Virus record (IMG/VR): IMGVR_UViG_3300044710_000053
Location: 1,769 to 65,768 of that record
Length of the DNA: 64,000 bases
Strand: one strand, 5' to 3'
Source: a virus
Taxonomy: Duplodnaviria > Caudoviricetes
Part shown: in pieces, positions 1-9,570 of the stretch
Layout of the letters: the number at the start of each line of letters is the position of its first letter
Position numbering within the stretch: position 1 is the stretch's first letter
Translations under genes and position numbers: made by a program
The notes under the pieces: model-generated
What the model was told of the DNA's origin: nothing
What the model saw: only the letters and a program-made list of their open reading frames with translations
Databases searched by the model: none

Positions 1-1029
1 CCGCCAGCACCCGGAGCGGCATTGGCGGCGGCGGAAGGCGGCGGCTCTCATACTGTTCCGACTCTGGCCACGGCGCGCACGCCGGCCGACCAGTACGCTC
101 AGCAGCACGTAATGCAAATGGCCCAAGCGGAAGAACTCGCCCGCAAGTCGCGGCTTGATCCGGGGTTTGGCCAGGCCATGCTGGTCAACTCAGCGATGGG
201 CGGCGGGATGCCCAATGCGCCGCCGGGCGGTGCGGGTCCGAATGCGGCGATGTGGATGCTCAACCCGCAGATGGCCGAACGGCAGCAGAATCAGGCGAAC
301 ATCAATCGGCAGTTTGCTCAAGAGGATCGCAGCAACCAGATGAAGGCTGCGGCGCTCGGCATGGGCCGCGCGGATGAATGGGACAAGAAGAAGATGATGC
401 TGTCGCAGGCGAATCCCCAACTCAAAGGTCCATTGCTCGACGCCGAAGCTGAAAAGCAATTCGGCCAGCGGCCAGACGCCGGTCAGTTTGGTCAGATGCC
501 AGGCGCGCCGCCAGTGGGTGGTGATAATCCGCCGCAAGGTGTTCCGCCAATGCCGCCGGCACCGCCGGGAACACAAGTGCCAGGTGGCGTGGCCGCTAAC
601 ATCGGAGCACCGGCGAATCAACACCAAACGGATTTGGACGCAGCCGACCTCGCTACGCGAATCGGATCACTCCCGCAAGGCAGCCCGCCAGAAGCAATCG
701 CGCTCGCCTTGGCAAACGATCCGGCGATGCAGAAGAATCCAGACGCGATCAAGACGCTTGTAAACCAGAACAAACTTCTACAACCGCAAGACCTCGACGA
801 GCTGGAACGCACTTACGACCCGCACCAATGGAAGGGAAGCTGGATCGGAAATACCCCCAACACGGACAGAGAAATTTCCGCCTACGACAGCAAGGTTCAA
901 GCGGCGCGCAACCTGCGCAAGATCATGGGCTGGAAAACGACTCTGCCGCCATCGCCGCCAGCGCAGCACTTGCAAATGTATCCAGGCCAAGTGCCGGAAG
1001 CGTGGCCGTGGGAAAAAATCGGCCAATAG
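1..1029 (+). CDS. 5'-truncated Q/P/M-rich protein, probable internal virion (ejection) protein
   Basis: Frame is open from base 1 (PPAPGAAL...) to TAG at 1029; low-complexity composition; lies upstream of the large internal protein. Confidence 0.6.
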   Translation, partial: PPAPGAALAAAEGGGSHTVPTLATARTPADQYAQQHVMQMAQAEELARKSRLDPGFGQAMLVNSAMGGGMPNAPPGGAGPNAAMWMLNPQMAERQQNQANINRQFAQEDRSNQMKAAALGMGRADEWDKKKMMLSQANPQLKGPLLDAEAEKQFGQRPDAGQFGQMPGAPPVGGDNPPQGVPPMPPAPPGTQVPGGVAANIGAPANQHQTDLDAADLATRIGSLPQGSPPEAIALALANDPAMQKNPDAIKTLVNQNKLLQPQDLDELERTYDPHQWKGSWIGNTPNTDREISAYDSKVQAARNLRKIMGWKTTLPPSPPAQHLQMYPGQVPEAWPWEKIGQ

Positions 1030-1044
1030 ACCAGTGGAGGCGAC

Positions 1045-1224
1045 ATGAAAAAGCAACCCTTGTTCTTTGGGCTGGCGGTGCTATTCGCGATAGCGGCAGC
1101 GATGGTGGCATGGCACTCTGACTTCGACGCACTGCCACCGTTAGTTCATTCTCTCGTCGCCTACGGGATGGCGCTGCTGGCTGGAATCTCGTTTGTGACC
1201 GGCGCTGCCGCAAAGGACGAATAA
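1045..1224 (+). CDS. 59-aa two-TM membrane protein (not in ORF track)
   Basis: GGAGG at 1036-1040, ATG 1045, MKKQPLFFGLAVLFAIAAAMVAW...LVAYGMALLAGISFVTGAAAKDE; TAA overlaps the next ATG at 1224. Confidence 0.75.
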   Translation: MKKQPLFFGLAVLFAIAAAMVAWHSDFDALPPLVHSLVAYGMALLAGISFVTGAAAKDE

Positions 1225-4200
1225 TGTCCACCGGCTACGATCCCACCGACCCGTTCTCGGACCCCAACGACCCGCTGAACATCTATCAGGGTCGGCTCGC
1301 CCAGGCCGCGGCCCTGCGCCAGCAGCAACCGCCCGGCGCGCCCGAAGTGCCGATCCCCAGTCCGCCGCCGCTCAACCCGGATGAAGAGAACGACTTGATG
1401 AGCAACGTCCTGTCCGCGCCTCTTTCGGCGCTGGGCTGGATCGGCGAATCGCTGGGCAAGCCGGCCAGAGCTGTGCGGGGCGTTCTCAGCGGGCAGCCAT
1501 CGGCGCTCTTGAATCTGATCCCGTTCTCGGACACGCTGGGGTTGACTGACCGCGGATTATTCGGCAACGACCTCTTGGCCAACAAGAACGACGTGCCGAG
1601 CGGCCGTGAGATGCTGGATAAGTTAGGCATTACCGATCCGAAGCAGCCGGGCGATGGTTTCGACTTGGGGGATGCGGGCGGAATCGGGCTGGAAGCAGCC
1701 CTCGATCCGCTTATGTGGGGGCTAGCACCGATCGGCACCGCGCTGGGGCGCAGTGGTCAATTGGCAAAAGACGTTGGCATCCTGCCGAAGTTCGGCGAGG
1801 GCCTGGATGCCGTGACCGGACGCCTCACCGGCGTTGGTCCGCGCGCCGCTAAAATGACGACAACCTTGGGTGAGCAGATCGGCGGCGATGCGGACGCGAT
1901 GGAACAGGTGTTAAACGCGGCCAAGAAGCGGGGCTGGGTCGGAGAGGACGTGCCGTTGCCGCGCCAATCATTTGTCGCTGGCCAAGGCCCAGGCGCGACC
2001 GTGGCGGCAAGTAGCTGGACCAGCACCGATCCGGCCCTCCAAGACCTTCTAGGACAGAAGCTAGGTGGCTTGGCAGGCTTTGGCCCTCCAATCCCCGGAG
2101 CCTCAAACATCGCCACCTTGGGCCACGGGCCGCTGTCTCAGGCAATTGGGCAGGGCATTGACCGGACATTGGCTGGAATCCGCTACTCGCGGCCTATTGC
2201 TGCGGTGGCGCGGCTATTCGATCCAGAATCTGGGCAAGCTGGCGAAGCCGCTAGTCAGCAATCCGCGCAAGCCGGTTACCAAGGCGCGCAACGCGGCGCG
2301 GAGCAGGCCACGGAGCAGCTTGCCAAGGCGTATCAGGATTTGCAGGCCGAAGGCGTCCCGACCGCCGGCAAGACTGTCAATCCGGTAGTCATGGGGCCGC
2401 AACAACTTGTGCGGCGCGGCTTCACGCTGGCCGAGGCAACCCGCGGACTCGTCGAGCTGGCCTATCCGGGATCAGAGAACGTGCCGCTGGCCGAGCGCAG
2501 CCCAGAAGCAGCAATTTCATCGCTCTATCCCCACGCCACGCCAGACCAGCGGTTTGCCCTCCGCGGGGCCTACGACACCTACCGACAGATCGCCGACAAA
2601 TACGGTCCCGAGGGAGCCAAGATCGGCCTGAACACGGCCCCAGCCGAACAGCAGGCGCTTTACTCGGCCCGCGTCGGCGTGCTACCAACTGGCGAACAAG
2701 CGGCCGAGACAGCGCCCGGCCTGAACACCGGCGCGCAGGGGATGCCGACGGCTAGCGCCAGCACGAAAAACCGCGCCGACGAACTAACGAACATCATCGG
2801 CGGCACGGTGGGGGCCAATCGCTTCGTCGGCGACATCGCCACCGGCAAGCCATTGGCCAAGCGGTTATTCACGCAGCCCGACCTCGACGCGCTGGCCGAG
2901 CGAACTGGCGTGCAACTTAGCGAAGCTGGCACCACGGCACGGAAGTTATCCCCGGAGGAGTTGCAAGATATTTCTGCCGCCCAGTTCCCGGTAACGGCCG
3001 AAGATCAAGCCAGCTACATCGCAAAAACGTACATGGGTGCCGACGAGGCCGACTTAGATAATCTCACCAAGCTGCGCCAGAAGGTTCAGCAGGGAGTCGC
3101 CGGGCTTGAAGCACAGGCTCCGCAAGCCAAAGGTGCGTTCACTGCGGCCCACGTTCTCGACCCCGCAGAACACGCGACAATGCAAGCGCTGGAAACCATC
3201 GAAAACGAAGCCAAGCTCAAACAGCAGTACGGCGCGAACCTGCCGGATGAACTGGCCACGCGGTTTCAATTCTCCAATGACGCCTTCACGGACCTCTATA
3301 CGCGGATGCCGCGCGAAATTCATAACGTCGAATACGGTAAGCAAATCCATTCGCTGTTCGCAAGAACTGCCGGACTGGCCGGAGAAGGTGAGGCGACGGT
3401 GCCGGCAGCGAAAGCGTTGGAAGCGGCGAACATGACTGGCCCCAATGCCATCAATCACTTGGCGGGAGAACTGGCCGCCAACGGCAAACTGTCGCAAGAG
3501 ACAGTTGCGGCGCTCCGCGCTCCAATGCCGGAGATTCCAGAAGGGGCGGAAGGTGAAGCCCTCGAAGCGGCGCAGAAAGCACAGAAGGATTGGCAAGCGG
3601 CCCGCGATACTGCCGTGAAGGAAGTCTCGAATGCGCCCATCCCGGCCAGCATCGCCAACAGCGCCTCGCGCACGATGGACTTCGTTGGCAACAAGAGCCC
3701 TGAATCGACCAGCTACTTTATGAACGCGCTCAAAAACTTCACGAGCATGTTCAAGGGCTGGGCGATTGCCAGGCCGGCCAACAAAGTCCGCGATGGAGTA
3801 ACCGGCCTGTGGGGCATGGCTGCCAGCGGGCTCCATCCCTCAAACTGGTTCCCGGCACTCCGCGATGCTTGGAATCTGCTGCAAGGGAAAGACCTCGACA
3901 ACATCGGGGAGTATCTCGGCAAAGGCGAAGCCGCCGGGGCCGCAGAGGGCAACCGCTTGATGAAGGCCAGAATCCTTGCGGGCCGGACGGTCGATGCGCC
4001 AACGGTCGAAACGGCGGAACTCGGCAATGGAGCGGCGCAACCCATCGCGCAACTCAAGAACGCGCTGGTCGGCAACGAGCCAATGCACCCGCTGCCGTTG
4101 GGGCTGCTCAAGGGGCATCCAGTGGGCGATTTCTTAAAGGGCTGGAATCCTCTGGACGTATTCCACAAAACGCCGCAGGAATTCACGGAGAACCTGAACA

Positions 4201-5195
4201 AAAACCCGCTCCTGCAACTGAGTCAAGAGTCGAGCAACTTCGCGTGGACGCTTCCGAAACTGGCGATTGCCTTGGGTCACATGCGGCAAGGCATGTCGTG
4301 GCAAGAGGCGATGCAAACCGCGCAGGACGTAATGGGCGACTTCTCCAAGGTGACTCCATTCGAGAAAACGCTGCGACGGTCGGCGATTCCTTTTTATACC
4401 TGGGCACGCAGAGTTCTGCCGTGGACGATCCGAGAGATTGCCAACAATCCCGGCGGCATCACGGCCGAAGCGGTGCGCGTTGCCGGCGGCGCTGGCCACA
4501 AGGAATTCACGCCGGAGCAACTCAGCAACGACATTTCCGTTCCACTCTCGCAAGAGGACGCCGAAGGAAACAAGACCTACTTGGAATCGACCAGCCTGCC
4601 GTTTGAAGTGCTGGGCGATGTATTCCGGCCGGGGCGCACATTGACCAGCACGATCGGCGGAAGCCTCGCAGAGATGGGTGGGATGCTCAACCCGCTACTG
4701 AAAATGCCGATTGAATTGGCCACGAACAAGCAGCTCAACAGCGGCCGGGACTTGACGGATTTGAAGGGGCGACTATCCACCACGGCGCAGAACATTCTTG
4801 GAACCGACCGCGGAGCGGCCATCTCTCCGACGTTGGAAGAGATTGCCAGCAATATGCCGTTCGCGCCGTACCTCACGATGGCCGGCAAGTTGTCTGACCC
4901 GCGCAAGTCGCTGCTGGAAAAGGCCACGAACGCGCTGACCGGATTCCAGACGGCGACGGTCAACATGCCGCAGGCACGCGACGTAGCCGCCCGTGATGCC
5001 GCCGCGCAACTGCTTCAAGGCTCGCCGGCCCAACAGCACACCGACCTGTACGTTCGCAAGCAGGATTTGCCGCTGCTCAGTCCCGACGAACTGAGACTCT
5101 ATTCTCTCTACCGCAAGATCGAGCAAGAGCGCCAGCAGCGGGCCAAGGCGGAAAAAGCCAAGCAATTACCAGTCGGAGGGACCGTCGCGCAGTAA
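1224..5195 (+). CDS. Large internal virion/DNA-ejection protein with C-terminal LPD38-like region
   Basis: 1323 aa; C-terminal motifs FEKTLRRSAIPFYTW and LNPLLKMPIELATNKQLNSGRDL resemble LPD38-type large phage proteins; last gene of the structural arm. Confidence 0.7.
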   Translation: MSTGYDPTDPFSDPNDPLNIYQGRLAQAAALRQQQPPGAPEVPIPSPPPLNPDEENDLMSNVLSAPLSALGWIGESLGKPARAVRGVLSGQPSALLNLIPFSDTLGLTDRGLFGNDLLANKNDVPSGREMLDKLGITDPKQPGDGFDLGDAGGIGLEAALDPLMWGLAPIGTALGRSGQLAKDVGILPKFGEGLDAVTGRLTGVGPRAAKMTTTLGEQIGGDADAMEQVLNAAKKRGWVGEDVPLPRQSFVAGQGPGATVAASSWTSTDPALQDLLGQKLGGLAGFGPPIPGASNIATLGHGPLSQAIGQGIDRTLAGIRYSRPIAAVARLFDPESGQAGEAASQQSAQAGYQGAQRGAEQATEQLAKAYQDLQAEGVPTAGKTVNPVVMGPQQLVRRGFTLAEATRGLVELAYPGSENVPLAERSPEAAISSLYPHATPDQRFALRGAYDTYRQIADKYGPEGAKIGLNTAPAEQQALYSARVGVLPTGEQAAETAPGLNTGAQGMPTASASTKNRADELTNIIGGTVGANRFVGDIATGKPLAKRLFTQPDLDALAERTGVQLSEAGTTARKLSPEELQDISAAQFPVTAEDQASYIAKTYMGADEADLDNLTKLRQKVQQGVAGLEAQAPQAKGAFTAAHVLDPAEHATMQALETIENEAKLKQQYGANLPDELATRFQFSNDAFTDLYTRMPREIHNVEYGKQIHSLFARTAGLAGEGEATVPAAKALEAANMTGPNAINHLAGELAANGKLSQETVAALRAPMPEIPEGAEGEALEAAQKAQKDWQAARDTAVKEVSNAPIPASIANSASRTMDFVGNKSPESTSYFMNALKNFTSMFKGWAIARPANKVRDGVTGLWGMAASGLHPSNWFPALRDAWNLLQGKDLDNIGEYLGKGEAAGAAEGNRLMKARILAGRTVDAPTVETAELGNGAAQPIAQLKNALVGNEPMHPLPLGLLKGHPVGDFLKGWNPLDVFHKTPQEFTENLNKNPLLQLSQESSNFAWTLPKLAIALGHMRQGMSWQEAMQTAQDVMGDFSKVTPFEKTLRRSAIPFYTWARRVLPWTIREIANNPGGITAEAVRVAGGAGHKEFTPEQLSNDISVPLSQEDAEGNKTYLESTSLPFEVLGDVFRPGRTLTSTIGGSLAEMGGMLNPLLKMPIELATNKQLNSGRDLTDLKGRLSTTAQNILGTDRGAAISPTLEEIASNMPFAPYLTMAGKLSDPRKSLLEKATNALTGFQTATVNMPQARDVAARDAAAQLLQGSPAQQHTDLYVRKQDLPLLSPDELRLYSLYRKIEQERQQRAKAEKAKQLPVGGTVAQ

Positions 5196-5360
5196 CTCGC
5201 CGCGCTCGGTGCTTTCGACGGCCACGCCGACTAGCACTACTGTCGTCGCCACTCGGTTTTCGCCGAATTCCTTGCGGGCCTCAGCCTCCGTGTCGGCGGC
5301 GATAATCGCACCTTCCTCGTATCCGCTAGCGCCACGACGTTCGACAAGGTATAGATTCAT
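5166..5360 (-). CDS. Small phage hypothetical protein
   Basis: GAGG SD then MNLYLVERR...IIAADTEAEARK, a common small phage protein pattern. Confidence 0.6.
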   Translation of the reverse strand: MNLYLVERRGASGYEEGAIIAADTEAEARKEFGENRVATTVVLVGVAVESTERGELLRDGPSDW

Positions 5361-5511
5361 GGGTATTGCCTCACTGGCCAAACAGGGTAAGATAGCGGGC
5401 GCGATTCACTTTGGACCGTGGGTTCTCCATGCGGGGTTGCAAGAGAACATCTGGCCCGGCAGCCGCGGAGTCGCCCCAGCCGGGGAATAACTGGCGACCT
5501 AGACCCCGCTC

Positions 5512-5586
5512 TTATAAAATAACGGACGCCCCAGTTGGCGCTGGGGCATCCTAACATCAACAGCCTGAAAGGAGGCCGAAGATGTC
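5512..5586 (+). promoter_or_regulatory. Leader with -10-like TATAAAAT, a GC hairpin, and a second hairpin occluding the SD and start codon
   Basis: GGACGCCCCAG/CTGGGGCATCC stem (5524-5551); ACATC-GCCT pairs with AGGC-GATGT across GGAGG and ATG 5582. Confidence 0.5.
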
Positions 5587-5935
5587 TGACGTAGATGGTA
5601 CTCTGGATGTTCACGCCCAGAAAGACAGCTATGTTGTGCTATCGCTGAATGATGGCCGCGAAGTAAAAGCTGACTGGTACTTTGACCTCCGAGACGCGGA
5701 GGAGATGGCCAAGGTGCGAGATGGCTGCCTCTACGCCTTGCGCGTGCCAAACAAGCCGAGCTACAGCTTACGGCAACAGCAACGTCAAGCATTCCTCGAC
5801 CAAGCGGCGATTGCGATTATGGGTGCTGTCGCGGCTTGTCCGCCAGCGAGAGGAATCGACACGGACGATGTTGCTAAGTGGTCTTGGAGTATCGCCAAAG
5901 CTCTGCTCGACGCCCGCATTGAGTTGGAGGAGTGA
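5582..5935 (+). CDS. Phage hypothetical protein
   Basis: Strong SD (AAAGGAGG); C-terminal FLDQAAIAIMG...AKALLDAR helix pair typical of small phage proteins. Confidence 0.7.
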   Translation: MSDVDGTLDVHAQKDSYVVLSLNDGREVKADWYFDLRDAEEMAKVRDGCLYALRVPNKPSYSLRQQQRQAFLDQAAIAIMGAVAACPPARGIDTDDVAKWSWSIAKALLDARIELEE

Positions 5936-5938
5936 GCT

Positions 5939-6331
5939 ATGATCGGCGGCACCGAACGCGAGATTAGCGGCGCAGGCGAGAACACGGCCGACGTGGTGAT
6001 TCGCGCCATGCAAGAGATGTGGCCGCATGCGCTGTTTCAGGCGGCAGACTGGGTGCAAGCGGTACGCCTGCAACCGATGATGAGCGGTCCCGATCCGTAT
6101 ATCGACGGCGCAATGGCGAAGGAATTTTTCATCTTCAAGAACGCTGAGGCCGAGCGGTTGTGGCGAGAGCGCGGAGCCGATGCGGACAATGAAAACCAAA
6201 TGCTGCGCTTCCTCGTGGGCGACAAACTCACCATCGTCTACGACCGCGACACGGAAGAAATGCTGGCGTTAGTTGGGCAGCTCGCCGAGTGCCTTCGATC
6301 CGTAGCCGGGCTGACAAGGAGCCGACCATGA
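5939..6331 (+). CDS. Hypothetical protein
   Basis: 130-aa ORF with GGAGG upstream; stop overlaps the integrase ATG (ATGA). Confidence 0.65.
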   Translation: MIGGTEREISGAGENTADVVIRAMQEMWPHALFQAADWVQAVRLQPMMSGPDPYIDGAMAKEFFIFKNAEAERLWRERGADADNENQMLRFLVGDKLTIVYDRDTEEMLALVGQLAECLRSVAGLTRSRP

Positions 6332-7338
6332 TCGCGCCCTACGAACCCGCCAATACAGGGCAGCCTAAAACCGTCGTGCTGCACTTCGCCTTGGAGCGCT
6401 ACCTGGCCTACGTGAAGCGGATGCACCCCCGCGCCAAGCTCGGCACGATTCGGCCAGCCATCCGCAACATCCTCACCGGCGCTGAGTTTCACGGCCTGGC
6501 TGGCGTCACGGAAGATAACCTCTCGCTCGCCGTCGAGAAAATGCGCGACGATGGTTTCTCAAATACCCACGTCCGCTACTGCTGGGGCCAGTTCCGACAG
6601 TTCATCAATTGGCTGTGCGCGTGCGAAGAACCGCGCCGCAACCCCATAACGCTCTGCAAACCGCCGGCCGACGACGGCACGCGGGCCAGGATTCGCCGCG
6701 TTGCCTATCCTGGGGAAATGCAGCGGCTTTGCGCCGCAGCGGAAGCTGCGGACGATGAATTGGGTTGGGACCGTTCGCTGGCATACCGGCTCGCGGCCTG
6801 CGCCGGGCTGCGGATCGGCGACATGAAGAGCCTGACCAAAGATTCATTCTTTCTCGGCTATGGGATACTGGTGGTCGAAGCGACCGCCCAGAAGTCGCGG
6901 GCTCGGCTTAATGGCGAAGCCACGCGACTTCCGATTCATCCGACGTTGCTGGTGTGGCTCAAGGCGTTTTTCACCGACCGCGATTACGTCTGGCGGTTGC
7001 GAGGGATGTTCGATGCGCAGTGGACCGAGACGCACTACAGCAATATCCGCGCGGGATTGCACCGGGACTTGCTGGCGGCGCGGGCCGAATGTCCCGCGGA
7101 GATTTTAGAGGAGCATCCCGGCTACTTGGAGCCTGTCGATCCCAAGGGACGGCTATTCGACTTTACTGCCATGCGGCATACGTTCTGCACGGAACTGGCC
7201 CGCGCTGGGTGCGCGCCGGTGCGGCTGCAAAAGCTGGCCCGGCACGCGAACTTCAACACGACGCTGAAATACTACGTGCATCTGGACGTGGAGGAGATGG
7301 CGGAAGATTTGGCCAAGCTGCCAAGCTGGGGCTCTTAA
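6328..7338 (+). CDS. int: Tyrosine recombinase/integrase
   Basis: AGLRIGD (catalytic R), K in QKSR, DFTAMRHTF (HxxR box with H->T), LARHAN...TTLKYYVH (H and Y); AAGGAG SD before ATG 6328. Confidence 0.9.
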   Translation: MIAPYEPANTGQPKTVVLHFALERYLAYVKRMHPRAKLGTIRPAIRNILTGAEFHGLAGVTEDNLSLAVEKMRDDGFSNTHVRYCWGQFRQFINWLCACEEPRRNPITLCKPPADDGTRARIRRVAYPGEMQRLCAAAEAADDELGWDRSLAYRLAACAGLRIGDMKSLTKDSFFLGYGILVVEATAQKSRARLNGEATRLPIHPTLLVWLKAFFTDRDYVWRLRGMFDAQWTETHYSNIRAGLHRDLLAARAECPAEILEEHPGYLEPVDPKGRLFDFTAMRHTFCTELARAGCAPVRLQKLARHANFNTTLKYYVHLDVEEMAEDLAKLPSWGS

Positions 7339-7357
7339 CTGCAAAGGAGAATTTTAC

Positions 7358-7852
7358 ATGCATCCATCAGCGATCCATGTGCGTGAAGCCGCAGCACAAA
7401 CCGCCGCCGCTCTAGCAGCGACCGATCCATCGGTTCCGCATCGCGAGCTGCCAGTTGCCGACCTTGAGCATGTCCGCAAAGGTGCAACTCTTATTCAGAT
7501 GCTCCAAGAGGACATCGACGGGGCCACAATCTCCACGACTAATGATCCCGTAGCCAGAGCGATCAAGCGGACTATCGAAACGTACTTGCAAGACGGCGCT
7601 CGCTGTCACGTCTGCGTTGGTACGGGACTGTCGGGCGCGATTATCCAGACGTGGCGGCGCAGAGAACGTGGAAGAGGGAAAGAACTTGTGTGTTCATTTT
7701 CTGGCAACGCCTCTGCGTTCCTAATCAACTTCGATAACAAGTTCGCGGTGCGCCCGATTTTATTCAGCATCAGCATCTCCGCAGATCGGCTGGCCTATCT
7801 ACATAGTAAGCCGTGGTGGGAACGACTGGCTGGTTTCTTTCGTCGATTCTAG
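7358..7852 (+). CDS. Hypothetical protein
   Basis: 164-aa ORF with AAGGAG SD; amphipathic C-terminus KPWWERLAGFFRRF. Confidence 0.65.
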   Translation: MHPSAIHVREAAAQTAAALAATDPSVPHRELPVADLEHVRKGATLIQMLQEDIDGATISTTNDPVARAIKRTIETYLQDGARCHVCVGTGLSGAIIQTWRRRERGRGKELVCSFSGNASAFLINFDNKFAVRPILFSISISADRLAYLHSKPWWERLAGFFRRF

Positions 7853-8388
7853 CTCAGCTTCTCCCGCAGCCACGACCGCGCCTCTTTCAATCGACCGGCA
7901 ACCTCTTCGGGCGTAATCTCGTAAGTTTGCGCCAGTTCCTTGAGCGTCTTGGGGCGGCCGCAGATACCGTAGTGCCAGCGCACGATGCCCCGCAATCGCC
8001 GCGGCAGCCTAGCGATGCTCCGATGCAGCCGCGCGACTTCTAGCAGGCTGCCAAGTTTGCCGGGTTGCGGCAACTCCTCGGCCGTTCCCAAGAGCATCGT
8101 CGAGAGCGCGCTGTGGGCCTTGGGATGCGTGGCGGCTTGCATGACGCGGCGGCTGATGCAGACCACCGCGCGACTGCGGAATCGTTCTGGGGGCGGTTGA
8201 TGCTGCCGGGCGGCTTCCACAAGCGCCAGGTTGGCCTCAGAGACCGGATCAAAGCACGGACGCCCTAGCCACGGGTGGCGGCGCACAAGTCGGCCGACGA
8301 TCAATTCCGGCAGATGGGCATGATCGGCGGCAAGCTGCTGCTGCTCTGGCGTGAGCGCTCGCGGATTCGGCTGCTGGGTTGCGATCAC
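7849..8388 (-). CDS. Sigma-70-family-like factor (region 2 plus region 4 HTH)
   Basis: SEANLALVEAAR (region 2.2-like); IARLPRRLRGIVRWHYG...TLKELAQTYEITPEEVAGRLKEARSWLR (region 4). Confidence 0.8.
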   Translation of the reverse strand: MIATQQPNPRALTPEQQQLAADHAHLPELIVGRLVRRHPWLGRPCFDPVSEANLALVEAARQHQPPPERFRSRAVVCISRRVMQAATHPKAHSALSTMLLGTAEELPQPGKLGSLLEVARLHRSIARLPRRLRGIVRWHYGICGRPKTLKELAQTYEITPEEVAGRLKEARSWLREKLS

Positions 8389-8525
8389 TTCGCTCCCTTC
8401 GGCGGCTTGCCGGTAGCCAGGGCCAAACCTGTTTTCGACTGCGCAATCTTGGCGGCCGTCGCGGGGTCTTTGCCGGCGCGACGCAGAGCCTTGTAAATTC
8501 GGTCCACGCTGGTTCCTTCGGGCAT
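8385..8525 (-). CDS. 46-aa basic phage protein (not in ORF track)
   Basis: MPEGTSVDRIYKALRRAGKDPATAAKIAQSKTGLALATGKPPKGAK; stop overlaps the sigma start (GTGA). Confidence 0.65.
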   Translation of the reverse strand: MPEGTSVDRIYKALRRAGKDPATAAKIAQSKTGLALATGKPPKGAK

Positions 8526-8551
8526 CGTCTAAACCCTCTGTGTCGAAGTTC

Positions 8552-8716
8552 TTACGGCGTCCGGTTCCAATTTCCCAGTCCGAAGCCTCCGGTTAAGAAG
8601 GCCAACGTCATGCAAAACAGGCCCCAAATCATCGGATTGGGGACGAATGTTGCGCCGGCTCCGGCGAGCAGAAAAATGATCGCCGCCAACACCATGAACA
8701 AAGTTCCAACTGACAT
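8552..8716 (-). CDS. 54-aa two-TM membrane protein, holin candidate (not in ORF track)
   Basis: MSVGTLFMVLAAIIFLLAGAGATFVPNPMIWGLFCMTLAFLTGGFGLGNWNRTP. Confidence 0.65.
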   Translation of the reverse strand: MSVGTLFMVLAAIIFLLAGAGATFVPNPMIWGLFCMTLAFLTGGFGLGNWNRTP

Positions 8717-8736
8717 AAGGCACCCTTTCGAGTTGA

Positions 8737-8976
8737 TTACAACTGCCCTCTCATTTTGCCCGCATGGTTTTCGTGCTTCGCGGTCGCGTCGTGCTGCATC
8801 CGCTCATCGACCGCGAGCTTAGCCAAGTTCAGCATGGCCTCTTGCCGGCTGAGCGTCTGTTCTTGCCGGTCGATCATTTCCTCGGCGCGGAAGTCGAGCA
8901 AAATCAGCAGCCCGGCGATGGTGAGCAGCAGCACCACCACAAGCCCAAGCAAGACTAATGCGATAATCCATTCCAT
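8737..8976 (-). CDS. Single-TM protein with short coiled coil
   Basis: Long hydrophobic N-terminus followed by a charged helix. Confidence 0.7.
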   Translation of the reverse strand: MEWIIALVLLGLVVVLLLTIAGLLILLDFRAEEMIDRQEQTLSRQEAMLNLAKLAVDERMQHDATAKHENHAGKMRGQL

Positions 8977-8983
8977 GCGCCTC

Positions 8984-9562
8984 TCACTGCTCGCCTGGGT
9001 CCGCTTGCTTTTCTTTCTCCGACTTCACTCCGGCGTTGAACGCCACTTCTTTCACCGACTCAAGAAGTTCTCCAAGCCGTCCGTCGATGCTGATGTTGAG
9101 CGTCTTAAGTTGATCCTCGATCCTCAGACCCAACTGCTTGGATACCTTCTCGGCCAACTCGCGCGCCACTTTTTCGGCCAAGTCGTGGGTCGCCTTCTCG
9201 GCCGCGCGACGGTTCACGGTTTCGATGCTTTCGCGCGTCTTGTCCGCTTCCGATTCCACGCTCTCCTTCAATTCGACCGTCTGTTTTTTGAGGGCGACTT
9301 GGCCGCGCACATCCGACTCGATCTTGCGCTTCCATTCGGCCTCGCGTTCCGTTTTTGTGATTTCTTCATCATGGTTTTTCAACCACCGCCGGATGCGCTG
9401 AGAGAGAGAATCGACGATAGCAATAAGGCCGCCGCCGGCCAGTATCCATTCCAACAGCCCCCAATTCTCGGCCGCGCCCAGCAGCAATACCGATGCAGCA
9501 GCCAGCAACGGCAGCAAGAGCCAGCGGGGAGCTAAAATCAGGGCCGCGGGTTTCCAAAGCAT
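8984..9562 (-). CDS. Membrane-anchored coiled-coil protein
   Basis: AAGGA SD, ATG 9562 (MLWKPAALIL...); two hydrophobic segments then an E/K-rich coiled coil. Confidence 0.7.
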   Translation of the reverse strand: MLWKPAALILAPRWLLLPLLAAASVLLLGAAENWGLLEWILAGGGLIAIVDSLSQRIRRWLKNHDEEITKTEREAEWKRKIESDVRGQVALKKQTVELKESVESEADKTRESIETVNRRAAEKATHDLAEKVARELAEKVSKQLGLRIEDQLKTLNISIDGRLGELLESVKEVAFNAGVKSEKEKQADPGEQ

Positions 9563-9570
9563 CACGATCC

